From: Spirochaetota bacterium
GTDB taxonomy: Bacteria > Spirochaetota > UBA6919 > CBDBPB01
Length of the DNA stretch: 64,000 nucleotides
Direction: 5' to 3'
Assembly: GCA_965208615.1 (NCBI GenBank)
Contig: CBDBPB010000004.1
Span: 64,001 to 128,000 of the forward strand
Numbering within the stretch: position 1 is the stretch's first letter; each line of letters begins with the position of its first letter. This document shows, one piece after another, positions 40,684 to 50,845 of the stretch. The notes under the pieces are model-generated. The model searched no databases. It saw only the letters and a list, made by a program, of their open reading frames with translations, and was not told the origin of the DNA. A program made the translations under genes and the position numbers.

Positions 40684-43600
40684 TTAATACCCTAATTTAG
40701 CACTACAACCCGGACCACTAATTGTACTAGTTGCCCCGCTAGGGTTAACAGTAATTTGAGTGCTTATCCACTCCTTCAAGGCGGATACATGGGATATAAT
40801 ACCAATAAGCTTTCCATCCTGTTGCAAGTTAGATAAAGCCTCTAAAACCGTGTTTAATGATTCCTCATCCAAAGTACCAAAGCCCTCGTCAAGGAATAGT
40901 GAATCAACACGTACTTTATGGCTAGCCATATCCGAAAGACCTAATGCCAAGGATAAACTCATAATAAAACTCTCACCGCCAGATAAGTTCTTTATAGACC
41001 TAACCTCTCCAGCTTGGTAGTTGTCAATAATACTTAACTCAAGAGGCTTATTATTATCGCTAACAAGTAAATAGCGATCAGTCATTTTCTTAAGCTGTCT
41101 ATTAGCATAATTTATCATAAAGTCAAAAGTTAGCCCCTGAGCAAAGTCTCTATACTTTTTACCATCAGCCGAGCCTATCAAAGAATGAAGTAAAGCCCAA
41201 TTATTAAACTCCTTTTGCTGGCTTTCAACTAAAAGCTCTTTAGCCTTGCCAAGCTCCTTAGCAGAGTCATTATCCGATAGCCTTTGCTTTATAGCTCCAA
41301 TCTCCTTATGAAGGTCTTCTAAAGAGTTATTAGTATCATCCAAGTCCTTTTTTAGACTATCTAAGGACTCTTTAGTAAGGCTTTTACTTAACTCATTAGC
41401 CAAACGCTTTTCTCTATCACTTTTACGCGACTGAATATCAGCTTTCTTTTTTTCAAGGTCATCAGCTTTTTTAGCTAATCTATCCCTATCCTTATCACCC
41501 AGCCTGGCTAAGGTAAAACTATCCTCATTATCAAAACCAGCCTGCCTATAACCCTCAATAAATAATGACTCAAGCCCATCAAGCTTAAGCCTATTATCCT
41601 TAACATCATTATCAAGAGCAGATATACGAGCATTAAGATCATTTAACTTATCCCTTATAGCATCCATATTCTGCCTATACTTAGCCTCACACTCTTCTGC
41701 ACCCTTAACCATACTCTCAAAACGCCTCTCTTCATCATCCGTACTCTTTGAACCGTATATCTTATTACGGCTAGTATTAAGCCCCTCATACTCACCTTTT
41801 AAGCTGTTAATGTTATCCTCTTTTGCCTTAAGTGAATCACTAAGAGTCTTAATAATACCATCAAGCTCCTTTAGGTTAAGAGCTATCTCACCCTTCTTAT
41901 CCTCAATCTCCGCTTTCTTATTTTTGTATTCCATCCACTTCTTAAGTCTATTTTCTAACTCTAAAATAATAGTGTCAAGATTAGATAGATCACTAATCCC
42001 AAATGGACTAAGCTCTGATAGTAAATCAACCTTTAGATTATTAACCCTATCTGATATACTATTATTCTCATCCTCCAAACGCTTTAAGTTAGACTGAGAC
42101 TCCTTTAACTTATGCTCTATATTCTTATAGACCTCTTTAGCCTCAACTAACTTATTATTAAGCTGGTCTTTTTCATCCTTTATAGCTTTAATATCATCTT
42201 CCAGCCGTTCAGCCTTACTAATTAAGGCAGATAGCTTATTAAGTTCTATCTCGCTATCATCCGCCTTTGGAATATTATCCCTTGCAAAAGGATGATCCAA
42301 TGAACCACATAATGGGCATGCCTTGCCATCCTCTAACCGCTTACGCTTATTCTCAAGACTCTCTATCACCTTTTGATAAGACAGCTTTTTTGAAAGCCTA
42401 TCACGCTCATCTCGATAATCCTTTAAAATATGATCCTTCAAATGCCTTTTTAACAACCCCTCATTTACTGTCAACTGCTTTTCTATACTCTTATAATCAC
42501 TCTCAAAACCACTAAGGTGCTTATACTGCCTTTCATACTCAGCTGAATATAGGTCTTTTTGCTTTTTACAGTCCTTAATTTGACTTTCCTTTGACGACAG
42601 CTCACCATAGAACTGTTTTAAACCATTAATTTGCCCTTTTATACCCGCAAATCCAGTAAGTAAACCCTCATCACAGCCATTAGATAAAATATAATCCTTA
42701 ACCTCTTTTAAATCTTGTAAAAAACCTTCCTCAGCTTTTAATAGCTCAGACCTCGTAATATCATTATCATTAAGCTGACCCTTAACCCCCTCGTAGTCAT
42801 TAGTGGCAGAGCTTATCTCTTTGTTTTTAGAAAGTATTTGTGAATCTAATATCCGTACCTCATTTATTAGTTTAAGCTCATCAGCCTGCTCATCCTTACG
42901 TCTTATGGTATTAGTCACACTAGTTTCATAAGCTTTTTTGGCCTTGTCTAAGTCCACTTGTAAGAGAGGTAGCTGTTTATTATATTGACTTAATAACTCT
43001 TGGACATCCTTGTACTCCTGTCGCTTTGAAAATAAAACCTTATAATCACCCTCAAGATCATTAGCCCTAATAGCCCTATCAAGCCTATCCCTATCAGGCT
43101 TAAATAACTCAAGCTCCTTTTGTAAATCCTCATACTCTATATCCAAATTAGAAAGATCATCTTTTATACTATCAATCTCATTAAGCCATGCAATTGCCTT
43201 GCCTAACTTATTAGCCTTATTCTTAAGACCCTCCTCTAAGCCGTTCTTATCCTTAAGCTCAGCTTTTAATAAGGTCTCTTCCATCTCCTTAAGGTAAGTG
43301 ACCCCTCCTAGCTCTGCTTTTAACTCATCAAGCTTTAGCTGTTCTGCTCTATAACGCTCATGAACATGCTTTGAAATATCACTATAAACCTCTGTACCAG
43401 TAATCCGCTCAAGGATTGGTGATCTATCACTTGGCTGTGCCTGAAGAAAAGTAGAGAAACCTCCTTGAGCTAAAAAAATAGAACGAGTAAACCTATCAAA
43501 ATCCATACCCGTCTTACTCTCAATAAGATTAGCTACATCCCTCTTTTTTGACCCAAGTATCTGACCAGTATTTGCATTAGATAACTCATGCTTTGACTCA

Positions 43601-43923
43601 CTTAGCTTAGCATCAGCCTTTTTACCCGTTCTACGCTGAGACCAATGACATCTAAACTTATTAGTCGCCACTTCAAAAGTAACCTCTGCAAAACACTCTC
43701 TAGTAAGACGGGACATAATCTCATTTGTACTTTTACTAATTGACTTAAGTCGTGGAGTCCTGCCGTAAAGAGCTAAACAAATCGCATCAAGAATAGTCGA
43801 CTTTCCCGCACCAGTAGGACCAATAATAGCAAATATACCATTATACTCAGGCCTAGTAAAGTCTATAACAAAATCACCAACTAATGAATTAAGATTCCTA
43901 AACCTAAGGTTAAGTACCTTCAT
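40684..43923 (-). CDS. sbcC: SbcC/Rad50 ATPase
   Basis: GPTGAGKST, LAQG, CPLCGS zinc hook, LSGGE and DEGFGTLD motifs. Confidence 0.94.
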   Translation of the reverse strand: MKVLNLRFRNLNSLVGDFVIDFTRPEYNGIFAIIGPTGAGKSTILDAICLALYGRTPRLKSISKSTNEIMSRLTRECFAEVTFEVATNKFRCHWSQRRTGKKADAKLSESKHELSNANTGQILGSKKRDVANLIESKTGMDFDRFTRSIFLAQGGFSTFLQAQPSDRSPILERITGTEVYSDISKHVHERYRAEQLKLDELKAELGGVTYLKEMEETLLKAELKDKNGLEEGLKNKANKLGKAIAWLNEIDSIKDDLSNLDIEYEDLQKELELFKPDRDRLDRAIRANDLEGDYKVLFSKRQEYKDVQELLSQYNKQLPLLQVDLDKAKKAYETSVTNTIRRKDEQADELKLINEVRILDSQILSKNKEISSATNDYEGVKGQLNDNDITRSELLKAEEGFLQDLKEVKDYILSNGCDEGLLTGFAGIKGQINGLKQFYGELSSKESQIKDCKKQKDLYSAEYERQYKHLSGFESDYKSIEKQLTVNEGLLKRHLKDHILKDYRDERDRLSKKLSYQKVIESLENKRKRLEDGKACPLCGSLDHPFARDNIPKADDSEIELNKLSALISKAERLEDDIKAIKDEKDQLNNKLVEAKEVYKNIEHKLKESQSNLKRLEDENNSISDRVNNLKVDLLSELSPFGISDLSNLDTIILELENRLKKWMEYKNKKAEIEDKKGEIALNLKELDGIIKTLSDSLKAKEDNINSLKGEYEGLNTSRNKIYGSKSTDDEERRFESMVKGAEECEAKYRQNMDAIRDKLNDLNARISALDNDVKDNRLKLDGLESLFIEGYRQAGFDNEDSFTLARLGDKDRDRLAKKADDLEKKKADIQSRKSDREKRLANELSKSLTKESLDSLKKDLDDTNNSLEDLHKEIGAIKQRLSDNDSAKELGKAKELLVESQQKEFNNWALLHSLIGSADGKKYRDFAQGLTFDFMINYANRQLKKMTDRYLLVSDNNKPLELSIIDNYQAGEVRSIKNLSGGESFIMSLSLALGLSDMASHKVRVDSLFLDEGFGTLDEESLNTVLEALSNLQQDGKLIGIISHVSALKEWISTQITVNPSGATSTISGPGCSAKLGY

Positions 43924-43928
43924 AAATA

Positions 43929-45149
43929 CTACCCTGCATTAATATCCCCTTCATGCAAAGATTTAAGGGTCTCTTTATATAAAGCCATAAGAAGATTGCC
44001 CTCATCCCCAGACTTGTTATGACTTTCTAAACAACGATTAAATACCTCTAACTCATCTAAATCACCTAAAGCCTCACCCTCATCCAGCCTGTTAATAGCC
44101 CTATTGACTACAGAACTATTCTTTATACGACGTATCTCTATATCAGTGCCAGGTATTAACTCATATAAATGCTCCCTCAAATTAGACGGTGCATTAGTAC
44201 CAGTAAAGTCTACCTCCAACCATACATTAGCACCCTTAAGCTTAAGCTCACAAATCCTCTTTTCAATATCACTAAGCCCGCCAGATAGCCTCTCTAAAGA
44301 CTGAAAGCAAGGAACAGTAATCTCATCAATAATAGCTTTCCTACTGTTAAACTCAACCCTTATAACCTTCTTTTTTTGATTAGCCTCACCATATCCCATA
44401 GGTATAGGCGAACCAGAATAACGAAAATGATTAGTCTTAGCAACAACCTGAGGTACATGTAAATGTCCTAATGCTAAATAATCTATAAAATCTGGAAAAG
44501 TATCCTTAGGTATATGAGATAATGATCCAACCTCCCTTACCCCGTCATCTTGAATAGTCTTTCCACCAAGAGTAAATAAATGCCCCATAACAATAATAGG
44601 TATATCACCATAAGCCTTTCGCCTATCCTCAGCAATACTACAAACATTATGATAATGATCCCTAATACCCTCAAGCAACTTAATATCCTTATCCTCAATA
44701 GTCTCTCCAGGGTCAACTCTACGTATATCACGATCCCTTAAATACGGTACAGCACAAATAATAGCCTCTGGCTTATTATCACTACCAGTAAGAGTAATAA
44801 CCTCATCCTCTAAACTGTCAGTAATATGACTAACCACATGAACATCCAATCCCCTAAGAAGGTCTTTTGGTGCATTCAAAAATGAAGGAGAATCATGATT
44901 TCCCGCTACCAAAACAATATGACGACAACATGACCTTGATATCCTATCTATAAATCTATAATATAAACCCTGCGCACGGTTACCCGGTGTACTATTATCA
45001 AATATATCTCCAGCAACCAATAAAACATCAATATGCTCATCCTCAATTAGCTTAGCCAACCAATCAAGAAATAACTGAAACTCCTTATAACGACTTTTGC
45101 CATATAATGACCGACCAAGATGCCAGTCTGATGTATGGATAATCTTCAT
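43929..45149 (-). CDS. sbcD: SbcD/Mre11 nuclease
   Basis: MKIIHTSDWHLG start at 45149; AGDIFD, GNHDS, ALGHLH and YSGSP motifs. Confidence 0.94.
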   Translation of the reverse strand: MKIIHTSDWHLGRSLYGKSRYKEFQLFLDWLAKLIEDEHIDVLLVAGDIFDNSTPGNRAQGLYYRFIDRISRSCCRHIVLVAGNHDSPSFLNAPKDLLRGLDVHVVSHITDSLEDEVITLTGSDNKPEAIICAVPYLRDRDIRRVDPGETIEDKDIKLLEGIRDHYHNVCSIAEDRRKAYGDIPIIVMGHLFTLGGKTIQDDGVREVGSLSHIPKDTFPDFIDYLALGHLHVPQVVAKTNHFRYSGSPIPMGYGEANQKKKVIRVEFNSRKAIIDEITVPCFQSLERLSGGLSDIEKRICELKLKGANVWLEVDFTGTNAPSNLREHLYELIPGTDIEIRRIKNSSVVNRAINRLDEGEALGDLDELEVFNRCLESHNKSGDEGNLLMALYKETLKSLHEGDINAG

Positions 45150-45283
45150 TTTCTGACCTATCCTATAAAAATATATATCAAACTTAATATAGAGAAGTAA
45201 CAAAGGCAAGGTGGCAAGCCACTTTTTATTGAACAGGCATCTTAGAACGGTTTTTAGTTAACTTATTAGAGTGTTTAATTACA
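45142..45283. repeat. sbcD start/upstream region plus element end, duplicated at 47169-47309
   Basis: CCTATCCTATAAAAATATATATCAAACTTAATATAGAG...CCACTTTTTATT...TTAGAACG is shared with the second copy. Ends in TTTAATTACA. Confidence 0.85.
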
Positions 45284-45400
45284 AGGCTACAATAGTCCCA
45301 ACATAGTGTGACTTTGCATAATGATCATCTACAAGAGAGTCAATATCCTCAATAAGATCATTACAATGCTTATCTTCCCAAGCATCGCCCCTCTGATATT
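45284..45400 (-). pseudogene. 117-bp copy of the 5' region of the DUF262 gene
   Basis: Near-identical to 49089..49205. Confidence 0.9.
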
Positions 45401-46200
45401 AGAGACAGACTAGGAAAGGAGTCAACTTTTTTAGGAAAGAGGTCATCTTCTGTTAGATAACCCCCTGGCTCTTTTTCTATATAACCCCCTTCCTTAAAGC
45501 CTTTTTTTAACGTTTCCAGCACTTTTAAATAGTCATCTGCATTACAGCTTTCCTTGGGACCATTACGCCCGATTTTGATCTTACGCCCTGTTGTGGTCAC
45601 CAGTCTCTGTTCGATATATCCATGAGACCAATTATCAAGGGTTAAGAAATTCCATGGACGAATCCAGTACAACCCAATTGTCAAATTCCACTTAACATTG
45701 TGCCTCTTAACTGCATTGTCATAAGCAGAAATGAAATTAGCTCTAGCATCAGCGTTGTCAGAGCCTGAAAAGGTTATAGCTTGGGCAAATATCTCCCATA
45801 GAGCATCAATGTCATCCTCTTCCCTTTCGTAAGAACACCCAAAAAACCATGAGTTCGTATTGTGAAGGACAGGTATTCCTTCAAATGAATTCGGCACAAC
45901 TTCTTCCACCCCCAAAAAAGCTGCCAATTCAGTTGCGACATTTTTCCTGGTTATATTTACCTTGTCGAACTTGGTATTACCACGGTTGAAAAAGCCCATA
46001 GCTGTAAATGGACAGATATCCTCCAGCGAGAATTTAGTATCATCTTTACGTCTATCCTTAGGACTCGAAAAGCCTTCAACTCTTGATGCAATTGAATGTA
46101 TACATTCTATCAGCTCCTTTCGCTTGTCCCTGTATAAAAGGAGTTTGTCTGCTATAGCTTCATAAAAACTAGTCCAGAGAAATTCTTCTTCTATTGCCAT
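45370..46200 (-). pseudogene. McrB-like N-terminal domain, truncated (no AAA+/GTPase domain)
   Basis: FLWTSFYEAIADKLL, DICPFT, FEGIPVL and LTIGLYWIRP resemble McrB-family N-termini. The ORF ends inside the DUF262 fragment. Confidence 0.6.
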
Positions 46201-46286
46201 AATAAAATCCCCCTAAATTAATATGTGTTATATATCATCTATTATTGGCTTTCCATAAACTATGGAAAGTACTTTACGCTCTTAAT

Positions 46287-46975
46287 TGTTAACAAACGTT
46301 TTAGAAAAAATAACAAAAAACATTCTATCAGGCATTTTGTTAGTGAAGGTTTTAGTAGATTATTTTTTTTGTTTGTTATTTACTCATATAGGATTAGGTA
46401 TACTTTTTGAAGTTTTACATATAAAGTCAATATAGAATATTCCAATAATCCGCTCTAAGCCTTTGTGGAACGGCGAATCCGTTATCACTTAATAAAGGTC
46501 TATAATTCTTAGTCTCAGTAAGGGATTCTTAATAGCTCTCGTAGTGATGACTACTTGCATAAAAAGTGATATTTTGTGTTCATTGCTAAGGCATTTAAAC
46601 AGCACTTAAAGAGCATAAAGGGATAACCTGCTTGACACAAGAAAATAGCTTTTCCATGAATATCTTAACTTTCCTGTTCCATAAAGAAATCTGGAATTCA
46701 CTTCCCTTTACGTTATATGTCTTGCCTTTTTACCCTGTATGACTAGTCATAACTCTATCATAAAATGATAACTAAATTATTAAATAATATCCCTTTAAAT
46801 AACCTAATATCAAAAAAAAAACGCCATCCTCCCCAGTTACTAATTACTATAGCTTTTAGATAAAAAATTATTATAACACAATTGCTAAATAGATTTTATC
46901 TGCACTTTAGGAAGTTTAAAAAGATAAACTAACTTAGAATACTTTTGCTCTACACCACTAGAACAATTACTAACA
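46287..46975 (-). mobile_element. Non-autonomous TGT...ACA element, copy 3 (689 bp, single left-end unit)
   Basis: Reverse complement of copy 2 without the tandem expansion; both termini intact. Confidence 0.85.
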
Positions 46976-46993
46976 ATGAATGAAAATATTAAT

Positions 46994-47008
46994 TATTGAA
47001 GGCGGCGG
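46994..47008 (-). other. Possible displaced tmRNA 3'-end (att remnant)
   Basis: TATTGAAGGCGGCGG vs TATTGGAGGCGGCGG at 49319-49333 (14/15). Confidence 0.5.
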
Positions 47009-47080
47009 AGCCTTACCCCAATTCGCCCTCCAAACCGAAAAACATCCATAAGACAATTTTATTCAACAACTTACACCACA

Positions 47081-47176
47081 TCAAACCCTTTCATAAAAGG
47101 CTGAAAATTCCTGATAACGTTTCCGCCTATAAAGAGAGCGACCTAAATGCAAATCTAATGTGTGGAGGATCTTCAT
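47081..47176 (-). pseudogene. Diverged 5' fragment of a second sbcD
   Basis: MKILHTLDLHLGRSLYRRKRYQEFSAF vs SbcD MKIIHTSDWHLGRSLYGKSRYKEFQLF, with the same upstream sequence. Confidence 0.8.
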
Positions 47177-47415
47177 TTTCTGGCCTATCCTATAAAAATA
47201 TATATCAAACTTAATATAGAGAAATAATAAAGGCAAGGTGGCAAGCCACTTTTTATTGAACAGACACCTTAGAACGCTTTTTTGTTAAATTATTAGAACG
47301 TTTAAATGCCATAAAACTTTTTTATTTTATTGACCACAGTCTATCACAAAAGCTATAGTAAAAATCTAATGATACCAACATTCATACATAAAACTAAATA
47401 TCAATTAATCAACCT

Positions 47416-49260
47416 TTAACGAAATATTTCGACTACTTGTTTCTCATCATTTTTATTTTCTGCCTGAACATCTTTAACACTCCAACGATCTATAATCCAA
47501 TTAACTAACTTTTCCCTGCGTTTTTTAAGTGAGTCCACTGTCCAATCGTCAAAAGCTGCTATTTCACGTTCTTGGCGAATATCTGAATTGGCATAACAAA
47601 TACCTTCTCCACTCTTTCCTTTCTTACACTCAAAGGTAAAGTTACTATAAGCAGAGTTATTATTTGTTAGAACCAGATTTCCAATATCATGTAAGTAGGT
47701 ATCTATATGTTCTTGATTCCACTTCTCTTTCCATTCCTTTGTTTGGGTTTGAGGGAGAATATGCCCAATACTTGCTTCTTTAAGCTTAGCCCAAACTATT
47801 TTAGGGCTATGTTCATGACCATCCTCATGAAGCAAATGCTTCTCATATTCATAAAGTATATGCTTTAGACGCTTCCTATAATTACTACTACCATTAGCAT
47901 ACCACCAAGTTCTTGGGTTTTCTAAAAAGCGAATAAATTTTTCCTTTGGCGAATACCAATGGGTCAACTCATCAATTTTATTAACAAGGTCTTTAACAAA
48001 GCCTTTTTCATAGCCTTTTTTACTAAAAAGTTCATTTCCATGACGATAAAAATCTGCTTTACCTGTATTACCACGCTTGTTTACTATTAAAAAAACTCTA
48101 AACGCAAAGCGTTCAAGAGCTTTTAACAAATTAATATAATCATCTTTAGCCTGGTCATATACCCGTATACGAGCTGCAACCATTAATGGCAAAAAACTAG
48201 CAATAATGTTTATGTTCTCAAATTTAGTTAACCATTCAAACTCATCCTCACATAGATTATTAGCCTTAGAAGGATTTATAATAATAGAATAGTGTTTCGA
48301 AACCTTTACTAGATTATCAATAAATGTAGATAGGAACTCTTTTACTTCTTCTTTAGTTTTTTTAGAAAAATCACGGAGTGGAATGTACTTCTTAAAACTA
48401 TTATAACCATCCCAATGTTTAGCTTGATAACTACAGAAAAGAGTCCAAGCAATTTGAAGGCATTGGTCATCACTACCTGAATTAGCAAGATTAGAGTAAA
48501 TATCTTTCCATGCACTGTTTATCTTCTCTGTTAAAGTATTTCGTTCATTATTGTCAGTATTACGAAATAGCCAATGCTTAAAATAGTTTTTAAGTAACTC
48601 AAGAATACTAAGCTTCTTACCACGAGAATTCATTAGCTCAAAAGTCATTCCAATCTCACACTCTTCGTCAATAGCATAGTATGTGAAAACGAGCTTGTTG
48701 GTAATAGCATTAAAAAGCCCTTTTAAATACTTAGTTGACTCTTTCCTCCTCTTTTTTACTTGCTCTTCAATATGTTTTGAGAACTTCTTAGTGGCATTAA
48801 TTAGTCGCCCTTGGTGTGGAGTGGTCTCTTTGTTAGTTCTAGTATCACCATTTTCTAGAAGGTGACGGAATAAGCGTAAGTCACATTCATTATTTAAAGT
48901 CAACCTGCAAGTTTCTCCGTTATATAAGTATATAGGAGTCTTCTTTTCATACTCACTTTCTTCTTTTGCAAGCTCTCTAATAATTACTGAAAGATATAAA
49001 CTGATAGATGCAAGCCTCTGTTGTCCATCAACAACATCAAAGACTTCAACACTTTCTAGGTTATAATCTTTATTTTCTTTTGTTGAGTAGGCTACAATAG
49101 TCCCAACATAATGTGACTTTGCATAATGATCATCTACAAGAGAATCAATATCCTCAATAAGATCATTACAATGCTTATCCTCCCAAGCATAGCCCCTCTG
49201 ATATTCAGGAATAACGAAGACTTTACCGCTAAATAGTCTACCTAAAGTTTGCTTATCCAT
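47416..49260 (-). CDS. DUF262-DUF1524 (GmrSD-like) type IV restriction protein
   Basis: IPEYQRGYAW, VVDGQQRL, FELMNSRG, HILPQ and IGNLVL motifs. Confidence 0.88.
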   Translation of the reverse strand: MDKQTLGRLFSGKVFVIPEYQRGYAWEDKHCNDLIEDIDSLVDDHYAKSHYVGTIVAYSTKENKDYNLESVEVFDVVDGQQRLASISLYLSVIIRELAKEESEYEKKTPIYLYNGETCRLTLNNECDLRLFRHLLENGDTRTNKETTPHQGRLINATKKFSKHIEEQVKKRRKESTKYLKGLFNAITNKLVFTYYAIDEECEIGMTFELMNSRGKKLSILELLKNYFKHWLFRNTDNNERNTLTEKINSAWKDIYSNLANSGSDDQCLQIAWTLFCSYQAKHWDGYNSFKKYIPLRDFSKKTKEEVKEFLSTFIDNLVKVSKHYSIIINPSKANNLCEDEFEWLTKFENINIIASFLPLMVAARIRVYDQAKDDYINLLKALERFAFRVFLIVNKRGNTGKADFYRHGNELFSKKGYEKGFVKDLVNKIDELTHWYSPKEKFIRFLENPRTWWYANGSSNYRKRLKHILYEYEKHLLHEDGHEHSPKIVWAKLKEASIGHILPQTQTKEWKEKWNQEHIDTYLHDIGNLVLTNNNSAYSNFTFECKKGKSGEGICYANSDIRQEREIAAFDDWTVDSLKKRREKLVNWIIDRWSVKDVQAENKNDEKQVVEIFR

Positions 49261-49321
49261 TGTTGCCCTCCATATAATTATATTTTTATATTAAGAAAAT
49301 ATATAAATTAGCACTTTATAT

Positions 49322-49673
49322 TGGAGGCGGCGGGAGTCGAACCCGCGTCCTAAAATAAATCAACTTATGCCACTAGCATGCTTAGTCTGCGATTCTTAAC
49401 TTCAGGATAACAGCCCTTGCACAGACACAGGTATATCATCCCTAACCTGTATTTGTCTCACTAAAAAGTCCAGGTCCCCTTTTAGCCAGCCTTAAGTAGC
49501 TTAACGCCCTATGACCAGTCCTTAAGACAAAGCCAGTCTAAGACGAGCAGCAATTATGCTGCTAATGCCAATTCTTGATTGTCGGCAATTAAATGTTTAG
49601 AGCATTTACGGGATACCCCAACCCGACATACCAACCTAAGCCTTTTTATCCCAGTCGAAACCGTGTCGCCCCC
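49322..49673 (-). ncRNA. ssrA: tmRNA
   Basis: 5' GGGGGCGAC...GGTTTCGAC; tag ORF ADNQELALAA* (49554-49586); 3' GGACGCGGGTTCGACTCCCGCCGCCTCCA. Confidence 0.96.
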
Positions 49674-49735
49674 TTTAAAATTAAAATAGAATAGCTAAAT
49701 TAAAAAAAAACATAAGTATATAAAATAAACAATAC

Positions 49736-50197
49736 CTAATTAGCCCTAAGCAACTTCTTTAATATAATAAACCTTGACCCAAAAGCAATATTACTCTTCT
49801 TAAACCATCCCCTATTAACCTCTAAAGCATATTTAGCCCTATTAGATGAAGAATAAACCCTGTTAGACTTAGGCTTCATACTAAAAACCTCAAATAACCT
49901 CTTATTCTCATCAAAAAAGCCAATATCCAAAGGTATTAAGGTGTTCTTCATCCAAAAAGATAATATTTGGGGATAATCAAAAATAAATAACATACCCCTG
50001 TCTTTTTTAAGGCTCTTCCTAAACATAAGGCCGACTTTATGCTTAACAGGTGTATCAGCAACCTCTACCAATAACCTCTTATTATTTAAACCAATAACAG
50101 CCTTATCAAAAGTAATCTTGCTGTCCCCGCTAACGAATAAGTTAGGAATAAGTAAAAATAAAATAGCAGGTATAGTCTTAAAAATATTAATACCCAT
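49736..50197 (-). CDS. DUF192 family protein
   Basis: EVADT...GLMFR, GMLFIF, FWMKNTLIPLDI and YALEV motifs. Confidence 0.88.
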   Translation of the reverse strand: MGINIFKTIPAILFLLIPNLFVSGDSKITFDKAVIGLNNKRLLVEVADTPVKHKVGLMFRKSLKKDRGMLFIFDYPQILSFWMKNTLIPLDIGFFDENKRLFEVFSMKPKSNRVYSSSNRAKYALEVNRGWFKKSNIAFGSRFIILKKLLRAN

Positions 50198-50256
50198 AAG
50201 ACTATTATACTAAACTATTACAAAAAGTAAACAGATTTATTAAAATAAATGATAGA

Positions 50257-50748
50257 CTAGTCTCTCTCCACCACATTTAAACGACATCTATCATCACCTG
50301 CCGCCAACCTATACTCAATAGTAAGCTTAAAACCCATACCCTCATACTTACCATAATCAGTGGCATTAGCAATCTCACACATCTTATTAACCTCTGATGA
50401 TGATAAACCCATATCCTGCCAAGCCTCTACCAAAGGACATCTCTCCATGTCTATAACCGCTGATCTATTATCAACACTATGTATAGATGGCTTAAACAAC
50501 TCCCCACCGCAAACAGATGACTTAATAAACTCATCAGCCACACCTTTAAAATCCTTATTCTTAGCCATACCCTCATAACGATGAGACTTTAACCCTCCCC
50601 ACCTATAAATAGCCTTAGCCATAATCTTAGTAGCTCTCTCTTCACCAAACTCATTAACTAACTCCTCATAAAATAAACGGTAAAGTATAGCCCTGCTCTT
50701 ATATGCTTCGTATGTTTCTTTATAAGCCTTTTTAATTTCATTGTTCAT
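50257..50748 (-). CDS. L-2-amino-thiazoline-4-carboxylic acid hydrolase-like protein
   Basis: CPLVEAW...MCEIA...D and GDDRC motifs. The real start is ATG 50748 after GGGGA; the longer ORF start lies within the element end. Confidence 0.7.
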   Translation of the reverse strand: MNNEIKKAYKETYEAYKSRAILYRLFYEELVNEFGEERATKIMAKAIYRWGGLKSHRYEGMAKNKDFKGVADEFIKSSVCGGELFKPSIHSVDNRSAVIDMERCPLVEAWQDMGLSSSEVNKMCEIANATDYGKYEGMGFKLTIEYRLAAGDDRCRLNVVERD

Positions 50749-50760
50749 AGTTATCCCCCA

Positions 50761-50845
50761 TGTTAACAAACGTTTTAGCAAATATAACAAAAAAACGTTC
50801 TATCAGACATTTTGTTAGTGAAGGTTTTACTATGTTATTGTAAAA
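50761..50845 (-). mobile_element. Solo right end of the TGT...ACA element
   Basis: TGTTAACAAACGTTTTAGCAAATATAACAAAAAAACGTTCTATCAGACATTTTGTTAGTGAAGGTTTTAC matches the right ends of copies 1-3. Confidence 0.85.

Noticed and set aside
46281-46981. Short target-site duplication around copy 3 (and around copy 1 and the mini-elements)
   Set aside because: The flanks (CTTAAT / ATGAAT for copy 3) do not match, so no duplication could be supported.
46225-47214. ORFs 46225..46410 and 46996..47214 as genes
   Set aside because: They overlap the element end and the antisense strand of the sbcD fragment; no recognisable motifs.
35073-47309. Integron attC cassette array
   Set aside because: No IntI integrase, the repeats lack the RYYYAAC...GTTRRRY attC layout, and they also precede housekeeping genes such as leuS.
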